Shown in pieces: positions 12,943-22,783 of a stretch of 64,000 nucleotides of DNA. This stretch comes from Bacteroidota bacterium. GTDB taxonomy: Bacteria; Bacteroidota; Bacteroidia; AKYH767-A; 2013-40CM-41-45. The DNA lies in contig JADKKE010000007.1 of assembly GCA_016720655.1 (NCBI GenBank), forward strand, positions 104,385 through 168,384, given 5' to 3'. Both the position numbers and the translations under genes were made by a program. Numbering within the stretch: position 1 is the stretch's first letter; every line of letters begins with the position of its first letter. The notes under the pieces are model-generated. The model was given only the letters and a program-made list of their open reading frames with translations. It ran no database searches and had not been told where the DNA came from.

Positions 12943-13257
12943 ATGGATGAAAATCAGAACCCTGCCAACCAACTGAACATTGAGTTGACTGAAGAAATTG
13001 CCGATGGTATTTATTCGAATTTAGCTATCATCACACATAGTAATTCTGAATTCGTTATTGATTTTGTCAAAGTTTTACCGGGTGTTCCGAAGGCAAAAGT
13101 GAAATCAAGAATTCTGCTCACCCCTCAACATGCAAAACGATTGCTGGCAGCCATGCAGGATAACATCGCTAAATATGAAGCTGTACATGGTGCAATCAAA
13201 CAAACAGAAGGAATCGGCATCCCAATGAATTTTGGTGGCCCTGCTGCTCAAGCATGA
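12943..13257 (+). CDS. DUF3467 family protein
   Basis: 104 aa. YSNLAIITHSNSEFVIDFVKVLPGVPKAKVKSRILLTPQHAKRLL matches my memory of the small protein conserved downstream of rpoC in Bacteroidota. Confidence 0.8.
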   Translation: MDENQNPANQLNIELTEEIADGIYSNLAIITHSNSEFVIDFVKVLPGVPKAKVKSRILLTPQHAKRLLAAMQDNIAKYEAVHGAIKQTEGIGIPMNFGGPAAQA

Positions 13258-13330
13258 TACGAGTGGATTGATTTCTAAATTCAAAAGCTTGTGAATACCG
13301 ATTTTGAAAATCGTGTTTAAAATATTTTCA

Positions 13331-13354
13331 GGATGTCAACAATGACATCCTTTT
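13331..13354 (+). terminator. Putative hairpin terminator
   Basis: Perfect 8-bp stem ggatgtca-acaa-tgacatcc followed by ttttcacttt, 74 nt after the DUF3467 stop. Confidence 0.4.
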
Positions 13355-13721
13355 CACTTTGTGGTATTTTAGTTTCTGAATACACCTGACTCACGATCAC
13401 CCTTGTAATATTTTAAGCGGTTGATTCAATTTTCAATTCAAAAAATTTTCGTCTTAAGAGAAATCTATTTTTTCTGAGAATTAATGACATGACCTTCTCG
13501 TCCCAATGAACGAGTTTATACCCCTTTTTTTCCGTTTCCGGAGACGTGAGTATCCTGAACACCTTCCGGGCAGGGTAGTACAAGTACGTTGCTTCCATAA
13601 GATTTTTCGCAGGAAAGGTGGGGGGCAAGAGAAAAGCAGTGGTACAAGTGTACAAAAAGGAAATTATGAATGAATGAATTTTCTATGACTTTAATGAGAA
13701 ATATCATTGCATTTTCAAGAG

Positions 13722-14097
13722 TCAGGTATTGTTTTCGGCACTTTTGCCCTTTTTTCGAATTCTTTGAGGTAAATCAACAATCAAATAATAGTAAGAGATT
13801 GAAATCAATCCGGCAATGAAGAAGAACATGGCCAAACCTCTGGTTCTGTCGTCGAAATAGAATTCACCAATCATCCAAACCGAATTGGCGCAAATCCAGA
13901 AGCAAATAGCCAGATTATGCAGTAATTCAGACCTGTCAAACCTGTTTCTCCAGGTAATATAGATAGCAAATGCAAGGGGTAGGAACTATCATTATCACTC
14001 CCATCATCTTCGAAAGGCTGACCCAGCATAAGTCCTTTACCAACCATAGCAGTATATGAAAATTCTCTATTTTTCGGATGTCGTGGATGGATTTCAT
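13722..14097 (-). pseudogene. Small multi-pass membrane protein, interrupted by one +1 indel
   Basis: Hand translation gives MKSIHDIRKIENFHILLWLVKDLCWVSLSKMMGVIMIVPTPCICYLYYLEKQ, then a shift near 13935-13944, then FDRSELLHNLAICFWICANSVWMIGEFYFDDRTRGLAMFFFIAGLISISYYYLIVDLPQRIRKKGKSAENNT*. The total of 376 nt equals 3n+1. The ORF track shows only an off-frame 92-aa ORF here (13871..14149). Confidence 0.4.
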
Positions 14098-14202
14098 GGT
14101 GATAAATGTAGAAAATTTGGAATGTGTTAAGGGGGAGCAATAAAAGCAAATTTTATAAATTTACCTCAGCCCTGAAAATCAAGGTCCTAAAAATTGCCCG
14201 AA

Positions 14203-14841
14203 ATGGATCACAAAAATTTCCTTGAAAGGTTCTATAAAAATGAAAGAGTAGAAATGTTGAGCGACGGTGTTTTTGCGATTGTCGTAACCCTGTTGATCCT
14301 TGAGCTAAGAATTCCGCAACTCCCGGAGGGACATTCTCCCGATGCCTTGTGGATCGAATTAATTCACATGAAACCAAAACTCACAAGTTTTGTGTTGAGT
14401 TTCTTGTTTGTGATAAACCTTTGGTTCAGTCACAATGTATTGTTCCGTGTTTTTGTGAGGGTAGACAATGTAATGCTATGGCTGAATAACCTGTTCCTGC
14501 TGGTTGTCTGCTTCGTGCCGTTTCCAACAGGACTAATCGGTGAGTATCCCGAAAGTTCAGTAGCAATGTTCCTGTTCGGAATCCCCTGGCTGCTGATTCC
14601 TGTTTTGGTGTATTCAATTGGAACTTATGCTATGAAAAAAGGTCACCTTTCGTCATTGGTTGACATGAAACGTTACAAAGAAAACAGCAAGGCAGTACTT
14701 TCTTTTATTCCTGTGGCAATTATTCCACTTGTAATTTCGATCTGGTATCCGATGGTAAGTTTCGGAATCTATATCGTTCTTTTATTCGCAGGAATTATTC
14801 TTGGTTTCCGGGTGCGTTTGATCAAAGGGGAGTTGGACTGA
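14203..14841 (+). CDS. TMEM175/DUF1211 family potassium-channel-like membrane protein
   Basis: RVEMLSDGVFAIVVTLLILELRIP is the DUF1211 signature helix, and there are about six TM segments. The ORF opens with TTG at 14194; the first ATG is at 14203. Confidence 0.8.
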   Translation: MDHKNFLERFYKNERVEMLSDGVFAIVVTLLILELRIPQLPEGHSPDALWIELIHMKPKLTSFVLSFLFVINLWFSHNVLFRVFVRVDNVMLWLNNLFLLVVCFVPFPTGLIGEYPESSVAMFLFGIPWLLIPVLVYSIGTYAMKKGHLSSLVDMKRYKENSKAVLSFIPVAIIPLVISIWYPMVSFGIYIVLLFAGIILGFRVRLIKGELD

Positions 14842-14856
14842 TGGAATTGCCCTGAA

Positions 14857-15399
14857 TCAATTTTTTTGTATTGCATCCAGTAAAATCTGACTGTCCGGTT
14901 TGACTTTACTCCTGAAGCGATGGATTAATTTTCCATTCTCATCCAAAAGAAATTTCTCGAAATTCCAGTTGATATCTCCGGTAAAGTCAGGATTGGTTTC
15001 GGTTGTCAGCCACTTGAACAGATCGGTGATATCATTTCCTTTCACAGATACTTTTGACATCACAGGAAATGTAACAGAATAATTTTTTTGACAAAAAGTA
15101 GCGATCTCTGCATTGGAACCGGGTTCCTGTCCACCGAAATTATTTGCCGGAAAAGCAATGATGACAAGTTTGTCCTTTTGTTCTTCATACAGTTTTTCCA
15201 AACCTTCGTATTGAGGAGTGTATCCACATTCTGAAGCAGTATTGACAATAAGTATTTTCTTTCCTTTGAATTGAGAAAAATTGAATTCTTTGCCATTCAC
15301 ATCTTTCACCTGGAAGGAGTAAATGTTTTGTTCCGGAATTGTAAGCATGGTAATCAAGAGAATGAGCAAATTCATGTGATGAAGTTTATACGTTAACAA
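14857..15399 (-). CDS. Glutathione peroxidase (Cys type)
   Basis: LIVNTASECGYTPQYEGLEKLYEEQKDKLVIIAFPANNFGGQEPGSNAEIATFC matches the GPx family. The active-site residue is encoded by TGT, not TGA. The start may be the internal MNLLILL at 15375. Confidence 0.9.
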   Translation of the reverse strand: MLTYKLHHMNLLILLITMLTIPEQNIYSFQVKDVNGKEFNFSQFKGKKILIVNTASECGYTPQYEGLEKLYEEQKDKLVIIAFPANNFGGQEPGSNAEIATFCQKNYSVTFPVMSKVSVKGNDITDLFKWLTTETNPDFTGDINWNFEKFLLDENGKLIHRFRSKVKPDSQILLDAIQKN

Positions 15400-15431
15400 A
15401 AGGAGAGTGAAATTGTTTTCACTCAGAAATA

Positions 15432-17723
15432 TTACTCCAGGGCACTGTGATTGTAGATCAGATAACCGATCTGGAAGAGGAAGGAGAAGGGATTTTTTCT
15501 ATCGTCATAATAATTCAGGAATGCACCAACAGGCCCAAGCGGACTATGAAAAACAGTTCCCAGAGAACCTATATAAAACCTTCTCGAGAGCACTTCGCCG
15601 TACTGGGTTTTTAAATCCGGTGTTCGAACCAATTCTTCATAGGGTTGAAATACGTATCCCTCAATTCGAAGATCGAGATTGGAAGTAATCATGATCACGT
15701 TTCGCAAACCTCCACCGGCAAAAATATGGGAATGAAAATTCGGAAGGAAAAGTGTTTTTGTTTCCTGGATTGGATTAAACGACGGTGCATTGAGAACTGT
15801 AGAAGTGTAATTGGCAAAAAAAGGACTGTTGGAAGCAGCACCTTCAAAATAGAACCCTAATTTTAACCAACCTTTTCTTTTGTAATAATTTTCATAAGCG
15901 ATTTTGAACTGAAACCAATCGTGGTAATCTTCTTCAAGTCTACGGTCGATCGAAGTAGAACCCGGGATTGTATATTCATTTGCATTCACATATCGCAGCG
16001 AGATATTCAGAAATGTTCCCTGGTTGGCATATTGTTTACGATTTAAAGTGCTTCGCTCAAAAGTCAATGAACCGGTTCCTCCTTTTAGGATGGATTTATC
16101 AGCTGTGTCATTTTGCAGGAAATTGGAAGTTTGATAGTAATTATCAGCCACTCTAAAATACGCGGCAGAAGCAATTACTTTGCCCTTGTTCCTCGCTGGG
16201 ATTCCGAAATTCAATCCATAATTCTGATCAGACTTCACAATGTAGGCGGGTTTTTGATCCGTGAAAAAAGCATTGCTGCTGCGAAAGAAATCGTATTGAT
16301 TCAATGTGATTTCTGCTTCCAGAAAATAAGGAAAACTGGACGGTGAATCCATTCGGATTTTACCCTGTCCGGAAGTATACAATTTCCCGAAGTAGAAATT
16401 TCCGCTGAACGAATATGCTTTTCGGTGCCATAAATTGTATTGGAGACCAATGAAAGCTTCCGAAATTGGTCGAGAAGAAACACTACCACCAAATTGTGTA
16501 ATGAGATCCTTTTCCCTTTGTACGCGAACCTTCATATCATAAAAACCTGTAACCGTATTGTATTTTAAAGTAGGGAAAATGGATTTTACATTTTGGTCTG
16601 CTACAAGCTGGTAATAGGAAGCTTTCAATCGACTCAAGGGAATGGGAGAATACGATGGCTTTAATACCCGACGAATGTAATCCGCCTGTTTACTGTTCAC
16701 TCCTTCAATTACAACATTGTCGACGAGCACTGGATTCAAATTATTCCGAAAAGCTTTTCTTTTCATTTTTAAAGAATCCTTATCGACTCGTCTTTGAATA
16801 TTAAATTGAAGGCGACTCAATTGATCCATGGCGGCTTTATAGCCCTCTGCAATTAAGCCTTCAATATTTGAGAAATCGAACAGTCCAAATTTGTCAGTAT
16901 TGGGCTCGATAAGAATTCCATTTTCACAGATAACGGAAAAATTTGTAGGCGTAGTCATCATCGCCCGGATCTGCGAAATGATATTGGTCTCCGAAGTTGC
17001 CATCGTGCTTCCACCTGCATTGATTCCAATGATGATGTCCGGTTGAAAGTCGGCAAGCATTACATCGGCAGGGAAATTATTATACATTCCACCATCGTAA
17101 AGAATTTTTCCATCGAAAATGACCGGTCTGAAATAAAATGGGTAAGCAGAGGAAGCTCTAACTGCCATACCAAGATCTCCATCTTTGAAGATTACAGTTT
17201 TCTTATTTTCAATATCTGCTGCAACACACCGGAAAGGGATGAAGAGAGAATCGAAATTGTAATTTGCTGCAGCGATAACAGCAGCAGTATTTTGCATTAA
17301 AGCGTAATCTATGGGAACAGAGCTGACCAGACTTGTAGGCAAGGTTGTCTGAATGATTGAATCGAGTGAAAATTTAAGATTGATCCAGGAAGCATTTTCT
17401 TCTCTTTTTCGAAAGTAGTAGGAGTAGTCTTCATCAATGGTGCCTGTAGCCCAACTGTAGAATTCTTCCGTGCGAACAAGAGAGTCCATTTGATTTGGAG
17501 AGAGTCCCATGGCGTACATACAGCCAACAATCGACCCGGCCGAAGTACCTGCGATATAATCAATTGGAATTCCATTTTCTTCCAAGGCCTTCATTACTCC
17601 GATATGAGCCAAACCACGGGCACCGCCGCCACTCAATACAAGCCCGACTTTTTGAGCCGATAAGGAATTCACTTGAAATAGAAGAGAGCAAACCAGAAGA
17701 ATCCGGATGTATTTGTTCTTCAC
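15432..17723 (-). CDS. Patatin-like phospholipase fused to an Omp85/surface-antigen-like beta-barrel
   Basis: Signal peptide, then GGGARGLAHIGV (oxyanion hole), GTSAGS (GxSxG nucleophile) and the DGG catalytic Asp. The roughly 450-aa C-terminal region is rich in alternating aromatic beta-strands and ends in an aromatic-rich terminal strand. Confidence 0.85.
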   Translation of the reverse strand: MKNKYIRILLVCSLLFQVNSLSAQKVGLVLSGGGARGLAHIGVMKALEENGIPIDYIAGTSAGSIVGCMYAMGLSPNQMDSLVRTEEFYSWATGTIDEDYSYYFRKREENASWINLKFSLDSIIQTTLPTSLVSSVPIDYALMQNTAAVIAAANYNFDSLFIPFRCVAADIENKKTVIFKDGDLGMAVRASSAYPFYFRPVIFDGKILYDGGMYNNFPADVMLADFQPDIIIGINAGGSTMATSETNIISQIRAMMTTPTNFSVICENGILIEPNTDKFGLFDFSNIEGLIAEGYKAAMDQLSRLQFNIQRRVDKDSLKMKRKAFRNNLNPVLVDNVVIEGVNSKQADYIRRVLKPSYSPIPLSRLKASYYQLVADQNVKSIFPTLKYNTVTGFYDMKVRVQREKDLITQFGGSVSSRPISEAFIGLQYNLWHRKAYSFSGNFYFGKLYTSGQGKIRMDSPSSFPYFLEAEITLNQYDFFRSSNAFFTDQKPAYIVKSDQNYGLNFGIPARNKGKVIASAAYFRVADNYYQTSNFLQNDTADKSILKGGTGSLTFERSTLNRKQYANQGTFLNISLRYVNANEYTIPGSTSIDRRLEEDYHDWFQFKIAYENYYKRKGWLKLGFYFEGAASNSPFFANYTSTVLNAPSFNPIQETKTLFLPNFHSHIFAGGGLRNVIMITSNLDLRIEGYVFQPYEELVRTPDLKTQYGEVLSRRFYIGSLGTVFHSPLGPVGAFLNYYDDRKNPFSFLFQIGYLIYNHSALE

Positions 17724-17729
17724 AGGGGT

Positions 17730-18575
17730 TTAGAATTGGGTCAGGATAATGAATCCAAAGTTACGAAGGAGAATCGATTTGTTAACTACGGGGGGGGGCA
17801 GAAGGTTTTTCAAATATTCAGGAGTATTCAATAAGCGGGGGCCGTACCAGGAAAATAGTTCGCCGTCAGCCAAGGCAACCCGGGCTCCACTCAGTTGGCT
17901 TTTCACTTCAGCGATGTGTTTCTCTTCGAAGGGATAGGGTTCAGTGGCTAGCAGGATTACATCTGGCTCCAGCTTTTTGATTTCCTGTAGATCGGTTTTC
18001 GGGTAGCGTGGAATCTTTTCAAAGACGTTTATACAGCCGCATCGTACAATCAAATCATCAATAAAAGTTTCGGAGCCGGCAACCATCCAGGGTTCTTTCC
18101 AAATAACATAGGCTACTCGTAGGGATTTATTGTTGATCCGTTTTTCGAGACTTTTGAAACGAAGCGAAATTTCTGAAACAAGTTCACTTGCTTTTTCAGG
18201 TTGTTGAACCAAAGTTCCAATCGCCTGGATCATTTCACAGGCTTCATCGAGGTTGCTGATGTCACTCATCCACACCGGGAATTCCTCCATGAGTTCAGTG
18301 ATCTGAGTAACATCATTTTCTTCTTTGTTCCCAATGATCAAATCCGGTTGAAGGCTTCTTATTTTTTGAAGATCCGGGTTTTTAGTACCACCGACTCTTG
18401 TTTTTGTATGGAACCACGATTCAGGATGAATACAAAATTTCGTAATCCCTACTACACGTTCCTGCAATCCTAAATAATACAAAAGTTCGGTCTGTGAGGG
18501 AACCAGGGATACGATTCGCTGAGGCCGGAGTGGATGGGTTATTTCTCTTCCAAGCTGATCCGTTGAGGTCACCAT
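17730..18575 (-). CDS. BtuF-like periplasmic binding protein (helical-backbone metal/cobalamin receptor)
   Basis: RIVSLVPSQTELLYYLGL...VVGITKFC...GGTKNPDLQKIRSLQPDLIIG fits the PBP type-2 (PF01497-like) pattern. The C-terminal 21 aa follow a C9 homopolymer (see findings). Confidence 0.75.
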   Translation of the reverse strand: MVTSTDQLGREITHPLRPQRIVSLVPSQTELLYYLGLQERVVGITKFCIHPESWFHTKTRVGGTKNPDLQKIRSLQPDLIIGNKEENDVTQITELMEEFPVWMSDISNLDEACEMIQAIGTLVQQPEKASELVSEISLRFKSLEKRINNKSLRVAYVIWKEPWMVAGSETFIDDLIVRCGCINVFEKIPRYPKTDLQEIKKLEPDVILLATEPYPFEEKHIAEVKSQLSGARVALADGELFSWYGPRLLNTPEYLKNLLPPPVVNKSILLRNFGFIILTQF

Positions 18576-18634
18576 CGCTGCAAGAATTTGGAATCTTTCT
18601 CCTGGAGTTTAGAAGAAAGATTCCACATAAAAAT

Positions 18635-20020
18635 TTATCGTGCCAGAGCTTCTGCAATATCACTTTTCGTGATAATGAAACTTCTGTTTGCTTTAAAATC
18701 TTTTACTAAAACCGCTGTACGATCATCGGAAATCATTTTCGATAAAGTTTCCAGAGGTGTAGAAATATCAACAAATGGAAGCGCTTCCTGCATGATTGAT
18801 TCAACAGCATCGTTCTTGGCATTCGGATTCTCCATGATGGTGTTAAAAACAAGATTTTCATAAATCGATCCGATAATTCGGTCGCCGGAAGTAACCGGGA
18901 TCTGAGAGAAATTGTGTTCGGAAATTAGTTTCAGGGCATTTGCAATTGAATCACTTTTTTCAATCGTCATTAACTCGGTGTTTTTTCTGGAAGCGACGAG
19001 GTCCTGTGCAGTCATACCTTTCTTGTCGAGGTATCCCATCTTTCTCATCCATTCATCATTGAATATTTTCCCGATATAACGAGTGCCATGATCATGGAAG
19101 ATAATTACCACTACATCTTTTTCTGTCAATTGATTTTTTAATTGCAACAAACCTGCAACCGCAGAACCTGCAGAATTCCCCACCCATATGCCTTCTTTCT
19201 GAACTATTTCACGGGTCATCAATGCTGCATCTTTATCAGTCACTTTTTCAAAATGATCGATGATGCCAAAGTCGTAATTTTTTGGAATAAAATCTTCACC
19301 AATGCCTTCGGTTACATATGGATAAATTTCATTCTGATCCATTTTTCCGGTATCACGAAAAACTTTTAGCACGGAACCATACGTATCAATCCCCCAAACT
19401 TTCACATTTGGATTTTTTTCTTTGAGATATTTACCTGTCCCGCAAATTGTACCGCCGGTACCGGCACCCACAACAAGATGCGTGATTTTACCATCGGTTT
19501 GATCCCAAATCTCCGGTCCGGTTTGTTCGTAATGTGCCTGACGGTTACTCAGGTTATCGTACTGATTTGGATAAAATGAATTGGCAATTTCTTTATTCAG
19601 TCGGGCAGCAACGGAATAATAGGAACGCGGATCTTCCGGTTCAACATTGGTAGGACAAACAATTACTTCCGCTCCAAAAGCGCGTAATGCATCCACCTTT
19701 TCTTTGGATTGTTTATCAGTGGTCGTGAAAATACATTTGTATCCTTTTACAATTGCAGCAATAGCCAGTCCCATTCCTGTATTTCCTGATGTTCCTTCTA
19801 TGATTGTTCCACCTGGTTTCAGTTGTCCTGATTTTTCAGCGTCCTCAATCATTTTTAAAGCCATCCGGTCTTTGATCGAGTTGCCAGGGTTGAATGTCTC
19901 TACCTTCGCATAAACGGTTGCTTTTACCCCGGTGACCACATGATTCAGACGGATCATGGGGGTATTTCCAATCGCATCCAGGATAGTATCACATACTTTT
20001 TTTGATGTACTCATTGCCAT
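18635..20020 (-). CDS. Cystathionine beta-synthase-like PLP enzyme with C-terminal CBS pair
   Basis: PLP-lysine motif NPGNSIKDR, glycine loop GTGGT, and a C-terminal tandem CBS domain (about 120 aa). Confidence 0.88.
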   Translation of the reverse strand: MAMSTSKKVCDTILDAIGNTPMIRLNHVVTGVKATVYAKVETFNPGNSIKDRMALKMIEDAEKSGQLKPGGTIIEGTSGNTGMGLAIAAIVKGYKCIFTTTDKQSKEKVDALRAFGAEVIVCPTNVEPEDPRSYYSVAARLNKEIANSFYPNQYDNLSNRQAHYEQTGPEIWDQTDGKITHLVVGAGTGGTICGTGKYLKEKNPNVKVWGIDTYGSVLKVFRDTGKMDQNEIYPYVTEGIGEDFIPKNYDFGIIDHFEKVTDKDAALMTREIVQKEGIWVGNSAGSAVAGLLQLKNQLTEKDVVVIIFHDHGTRYIGKIFNDEWMRKMGYLDKKGMTAQDLVASRKNTELMTIEKSDSIANALKLISEHNFSQIPVTSGDRIIGSIYENLVFNTIMENPNAKNDAVESIMQEALPFVDISTPLETLSKMISDDRTAVLVKDFKANRSFIITKSDIAEALAR

Positions 20021-20155
20021 AATGATTCAGATAATTGATAGAATTTTCGGTTAATGTATTCAGTATTGGAAAGCCATGCAATTTGAAATCCAAAGCCTTT
20101 CCGGCTTGCGAAGTTAATACTTCTGATGAACTTTATTTGGAATATAAAATACTGA

Positions 20156-21379
20156 TTAAGAGTATCTTAGTGCTTGTATGGGACTGATACGGCTGACAAT
20201 CATGGAAGGAATAACCAGCATCGCTGTACAAATGACAAGGGTTCCGAGATTCAATACAAGGATATGAAAGGGATCCAGTGAAATAGGAGCGTGACTAATG
20301 TAATAGGATTCCTGATCGAGGTGTATCCATTGAAATTTTTTCTGTAGCAAACACAAGCCAATACCAATGATATTCCCAACAATCAAACCCCGGAAGAGCA
20401 AGAAGCCGGAGATGTAAATAAAGATTTTACGGATATTGATATTCCTTGTCCCTAATGCTTTCAGTGTCCCAATCATCTTTACTCTTTCAAGAATTATAAT
20501 GAGAAGTGCTGAAATCATATTAATTCCTGCTACTATTATCATTAGAGTAATAATAATAATCGCATTGATGTTTTGGAGGTCCAGCCAATCGAAAATCTGC
20601 GGGTAAATTTCTTTAATTGTTTTTGCATTCAGCTCTGAACCGGAAGCTGCATATACTTTTTGACCTATCTGATCAAGTTCATCGAAATTTTTAATTTTGA
20701 TTTCGAACCCTCCGATCTGTTCAGGATTCCAGTCATTGAGTTTTTGAATTTGTGCAAGATCACAAAAGAGGTAGAGGTTATCGAATTCTTCGAGCCCGGT
20801 TTCATAAATTCCGCAAATCTGAAATTTCCGAACTCTGGGTGGTTGCTGAATAAAATACATGACAAGGTCGTCACCGGTTTTCAGCCTCAGTTTCTGGCTG
20901 AGTTGTTTCGAAATCACCACTTCATTACTTCGTGCAGAATCCTGAAAATGCATGATGCGTCCTTCAACCATGCGAGAACTGAAAAAGCTCCAATCGAAAT
21001 CACGATCGATTCCTTTGGCAACAACACCTTCTATGTCTTCTTTTGTTTTGATAATTCCGGCTTTTGTTGCAAATGCCTGAATGTGTTCTATAGCCGGGTC
21101 GCTCCTCAGCACTGTGAGGAAATGCTGATCTTTCGAAATTGGTTTTGTCTCGTAGGAATTATTTTCGTCATAATTACTCACTTGTATATGTGAACCGAAT
21201 CCAATGACTTTTTCGCGTATTTCCTTCTTGAAACCGGTCACAATTGCAAGTGCTATCACCATCACAGCGAAGCCTAAAGCAACACCTGCCATGGCGATCC
21301 AGATGATCGGACGGGAAATAAATGTTCCACCTTCCTTAGAAAAGGCAATTCTTCTGACGATGAATAATTCGTAGTTCAA
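20156..21379 (-). CDS. LolC/E-family (FtsX-type) ABC transporter permease
   Basis: 407 aa. TM1, then a roughly 220-aa periplasmic domain, then three TMs with the MIGTLKALG motif typical of FtsX/LolE. TTG start. Confidence 0.85.
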   Translation of the reverse strand: MNYELFIVRRIAFSKEGGTFISRPIIWIAMAGVALGFAVMVIALAIVTGFKKEIREKVIGFGSHIQVSNYDENNSYETKPISKDQHFLTVLRSDPAIEHIQAFATKAGIIKTKEDIEGVVAKGIDRDFDWSFFSSRMVEGRIMHFQDSARSNEVVISKQLSQKLRLKTGDDLVMYFIQQPPRVRKFQICGIYETGLEEFDNLYLFCDLAQIQKLNDWNPEQIGGFEIKIKNFDELDQIGQKVYAASGSELNAKTIKEIYPQIFDWLDLQNINAIIIITLMIIVAGINMISALLIIILERVKMIGTLKALGTRNINIRKIFIYISGFLLFRGLIVGNIIGIGLCLLQKKFQWIHLDQESYYISHAPISLDPFHILVLNLGTLVICTAMLVIPSMIVSRISPIQALRYS

Positions 21380-21403
21380 AACAGAACCGTATTTTGCAGT
21401 GAT

Positions 21404-22651
21404 TTGCGGTTAAAGATATTTGATTCAATGAAGTCCATGAACAGTCCGATGAAATTCTTTTACAGTCTTTTTATGCAGATGATGCTGATGGTTCACATCG
21501 GCTGCACACAGCCCGGAGTGCAAACAAGTTCGGTTTCTAAGGAATCAGGTATGCGCACAGGTGCAGAACAGCTCAATGCGTATTTGCCATTGTTGACAGG
21601 CAAGAGAATAGCAATAGTAGCCAATCAGACATCCAGAATCAATGGGTGTCATTTGGTTGACTCTCTTAAATCCAGAGGAGTGCAAATCCAGTGTGTATTT
21701 GCTCCGGAGCACGGGTTCAGAGGGGAGCAGGGTGCAGGCGAAAAAGTAAAAAATGGCGTGGATACTAAATCCGGAATTCAGGTAATTTCACTTTATGGAA
21801 AGCATTTAAAACCAACACAAGAGGATCTAGAAGGAATAGATCTTGTGATGTTTGACATTCAGGATGTGGGAGCACGATTTTATACCTACATATCCACATT
21901 ACAATATGTAATGGAAGCATGCGCGGAGCAAAACAAAATGCTCCTCATTCTTGATCGTCCGAACCCGAATGGTGATTATGTTGACGGTCCTGTTCTCGAT
22001 ACAAATTTCCGTTCCTTTATTGGAATGAATCCAATTCCTGTTGTTCATGGAATGACGATTGGCGAATATGCAAAAATGCTCAATGGAGAAAAGTGGTTGA
22101 AAGGGAAAAAGACATGTAAGATCCAGGTGATCCCTGTAAGCAATTACACGCATCGAGATTTGTATTCTCTTCCTGTGGCTCCATCTCCAAATCTGCCGAA
22201 TATGGCAGCAGTATATTTATATCCTTCCTTATGTTTTTTTGAAGGAACAAAAGTAAGTGTCGGGCGTGGTACCGATTTTCCTTTCCAGATGATCGGATAT
22301 CCGGGTTTTAAAGGTGGCGATACTGCATTTCGACCCACCAGCATCCACGGAAAAGCCCTGGATCCACCGTATGAAGATTCCTTGTGTGAAGGGTTGAATT
22401 TGCGGGAATTCATGGCTAGTTCCAATAAGAAGCAATTGCATTTGGGATGGTTGATCCAAATGTATCGGCAGTATCCCAACAAGGGATCATTTTTTACTCC
22501 GTTTTTTGAAAAGTTATCGGGTACAGAAATGCTCAGAAAACAGATCATTCTGGGTGAAAGCGAGAGTGAAATTCGCCAAAGTTGGCAGAAACAACTGGAT
22601 CAGTTTAAACAAATTCGTAAAAAGTATTTGTTGTACGAAGACTTTGAGTAG
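21404..22651 (+). CDS. DUF1343 family protein (NamZ-like exo-beta-N-acetylmuramidase)
   Basis: GAEQLNAYLPLLTGKRIAIVANQTS...VFAPEHGFRGEQGAGEKV...DIQDVGARFYTYISTL. The likely true start is MKFFYSL at 21449, which gives the lipobox-like HIGC. Confidence 0.85.
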   Translation: MRLKIFDSMKSMNSPMKFFYSLFMQMMLMVHIGCTQPGVQTSSVSKESGMRTGAEQLNAYLPLLTGKRIAIVANQTSRINGCHLVDSLKSRGVQIQCVFAPEHGFRGEQGAGEKVKNGVDTKSGIQVISLYGKHLKPTQEDLEGIDLVMFDIQDVGARFYTYISTLQYVMEACAEQNKMLLILDRPNPNGDYVDGPVLDTNFRSFIGMNPIPVVHGMTIGEYAKMLNGEKWLKGKKTCKIQVIPVSNYTHRDLYSLPVAPSPNLPNMAAVYLYPSLCFFEGTKVSVGRGTDFPFQMIGYPGFKGGDTAFRPTSIHGKALDPPYEDSLCEGLNLREFMASSNKKQLHLGWLIQMYRQYPNKGSFFTPFFEKLSGTEMLRKQIILGESESEIRQSWQKQLDQFKQIRKKYLLYEDFE

Positions 22652-22783
22652 TTGAATATTATAATCAAGGTTCCGAACACAGGCTGTTGATGGACGGTTG
22701 TAATTCAATATTCAGAACTTTGCCAGATTCAATGATTTTTTTATTTTTGAGAACACTTTGTTCAATCAAATTAAAACCAAGAG

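Noticed and set aside
13551-13572. GGAA-tetraloop hairpin (minus strand cctgcccGGAAggtgttcagg) that superficially resembles SRP RNA helix 8.
   Set aside because: The conserved AGCA symmetric-loop residues and the flanking SRP helices are absent, and the stem is imperfect.
15215-15240. Possible selenocysteine in the glutathione peroxidase active site.
   Set aside because: The codon is TGT (Cys) in ASECGYT, and there is no in-frame TGA.
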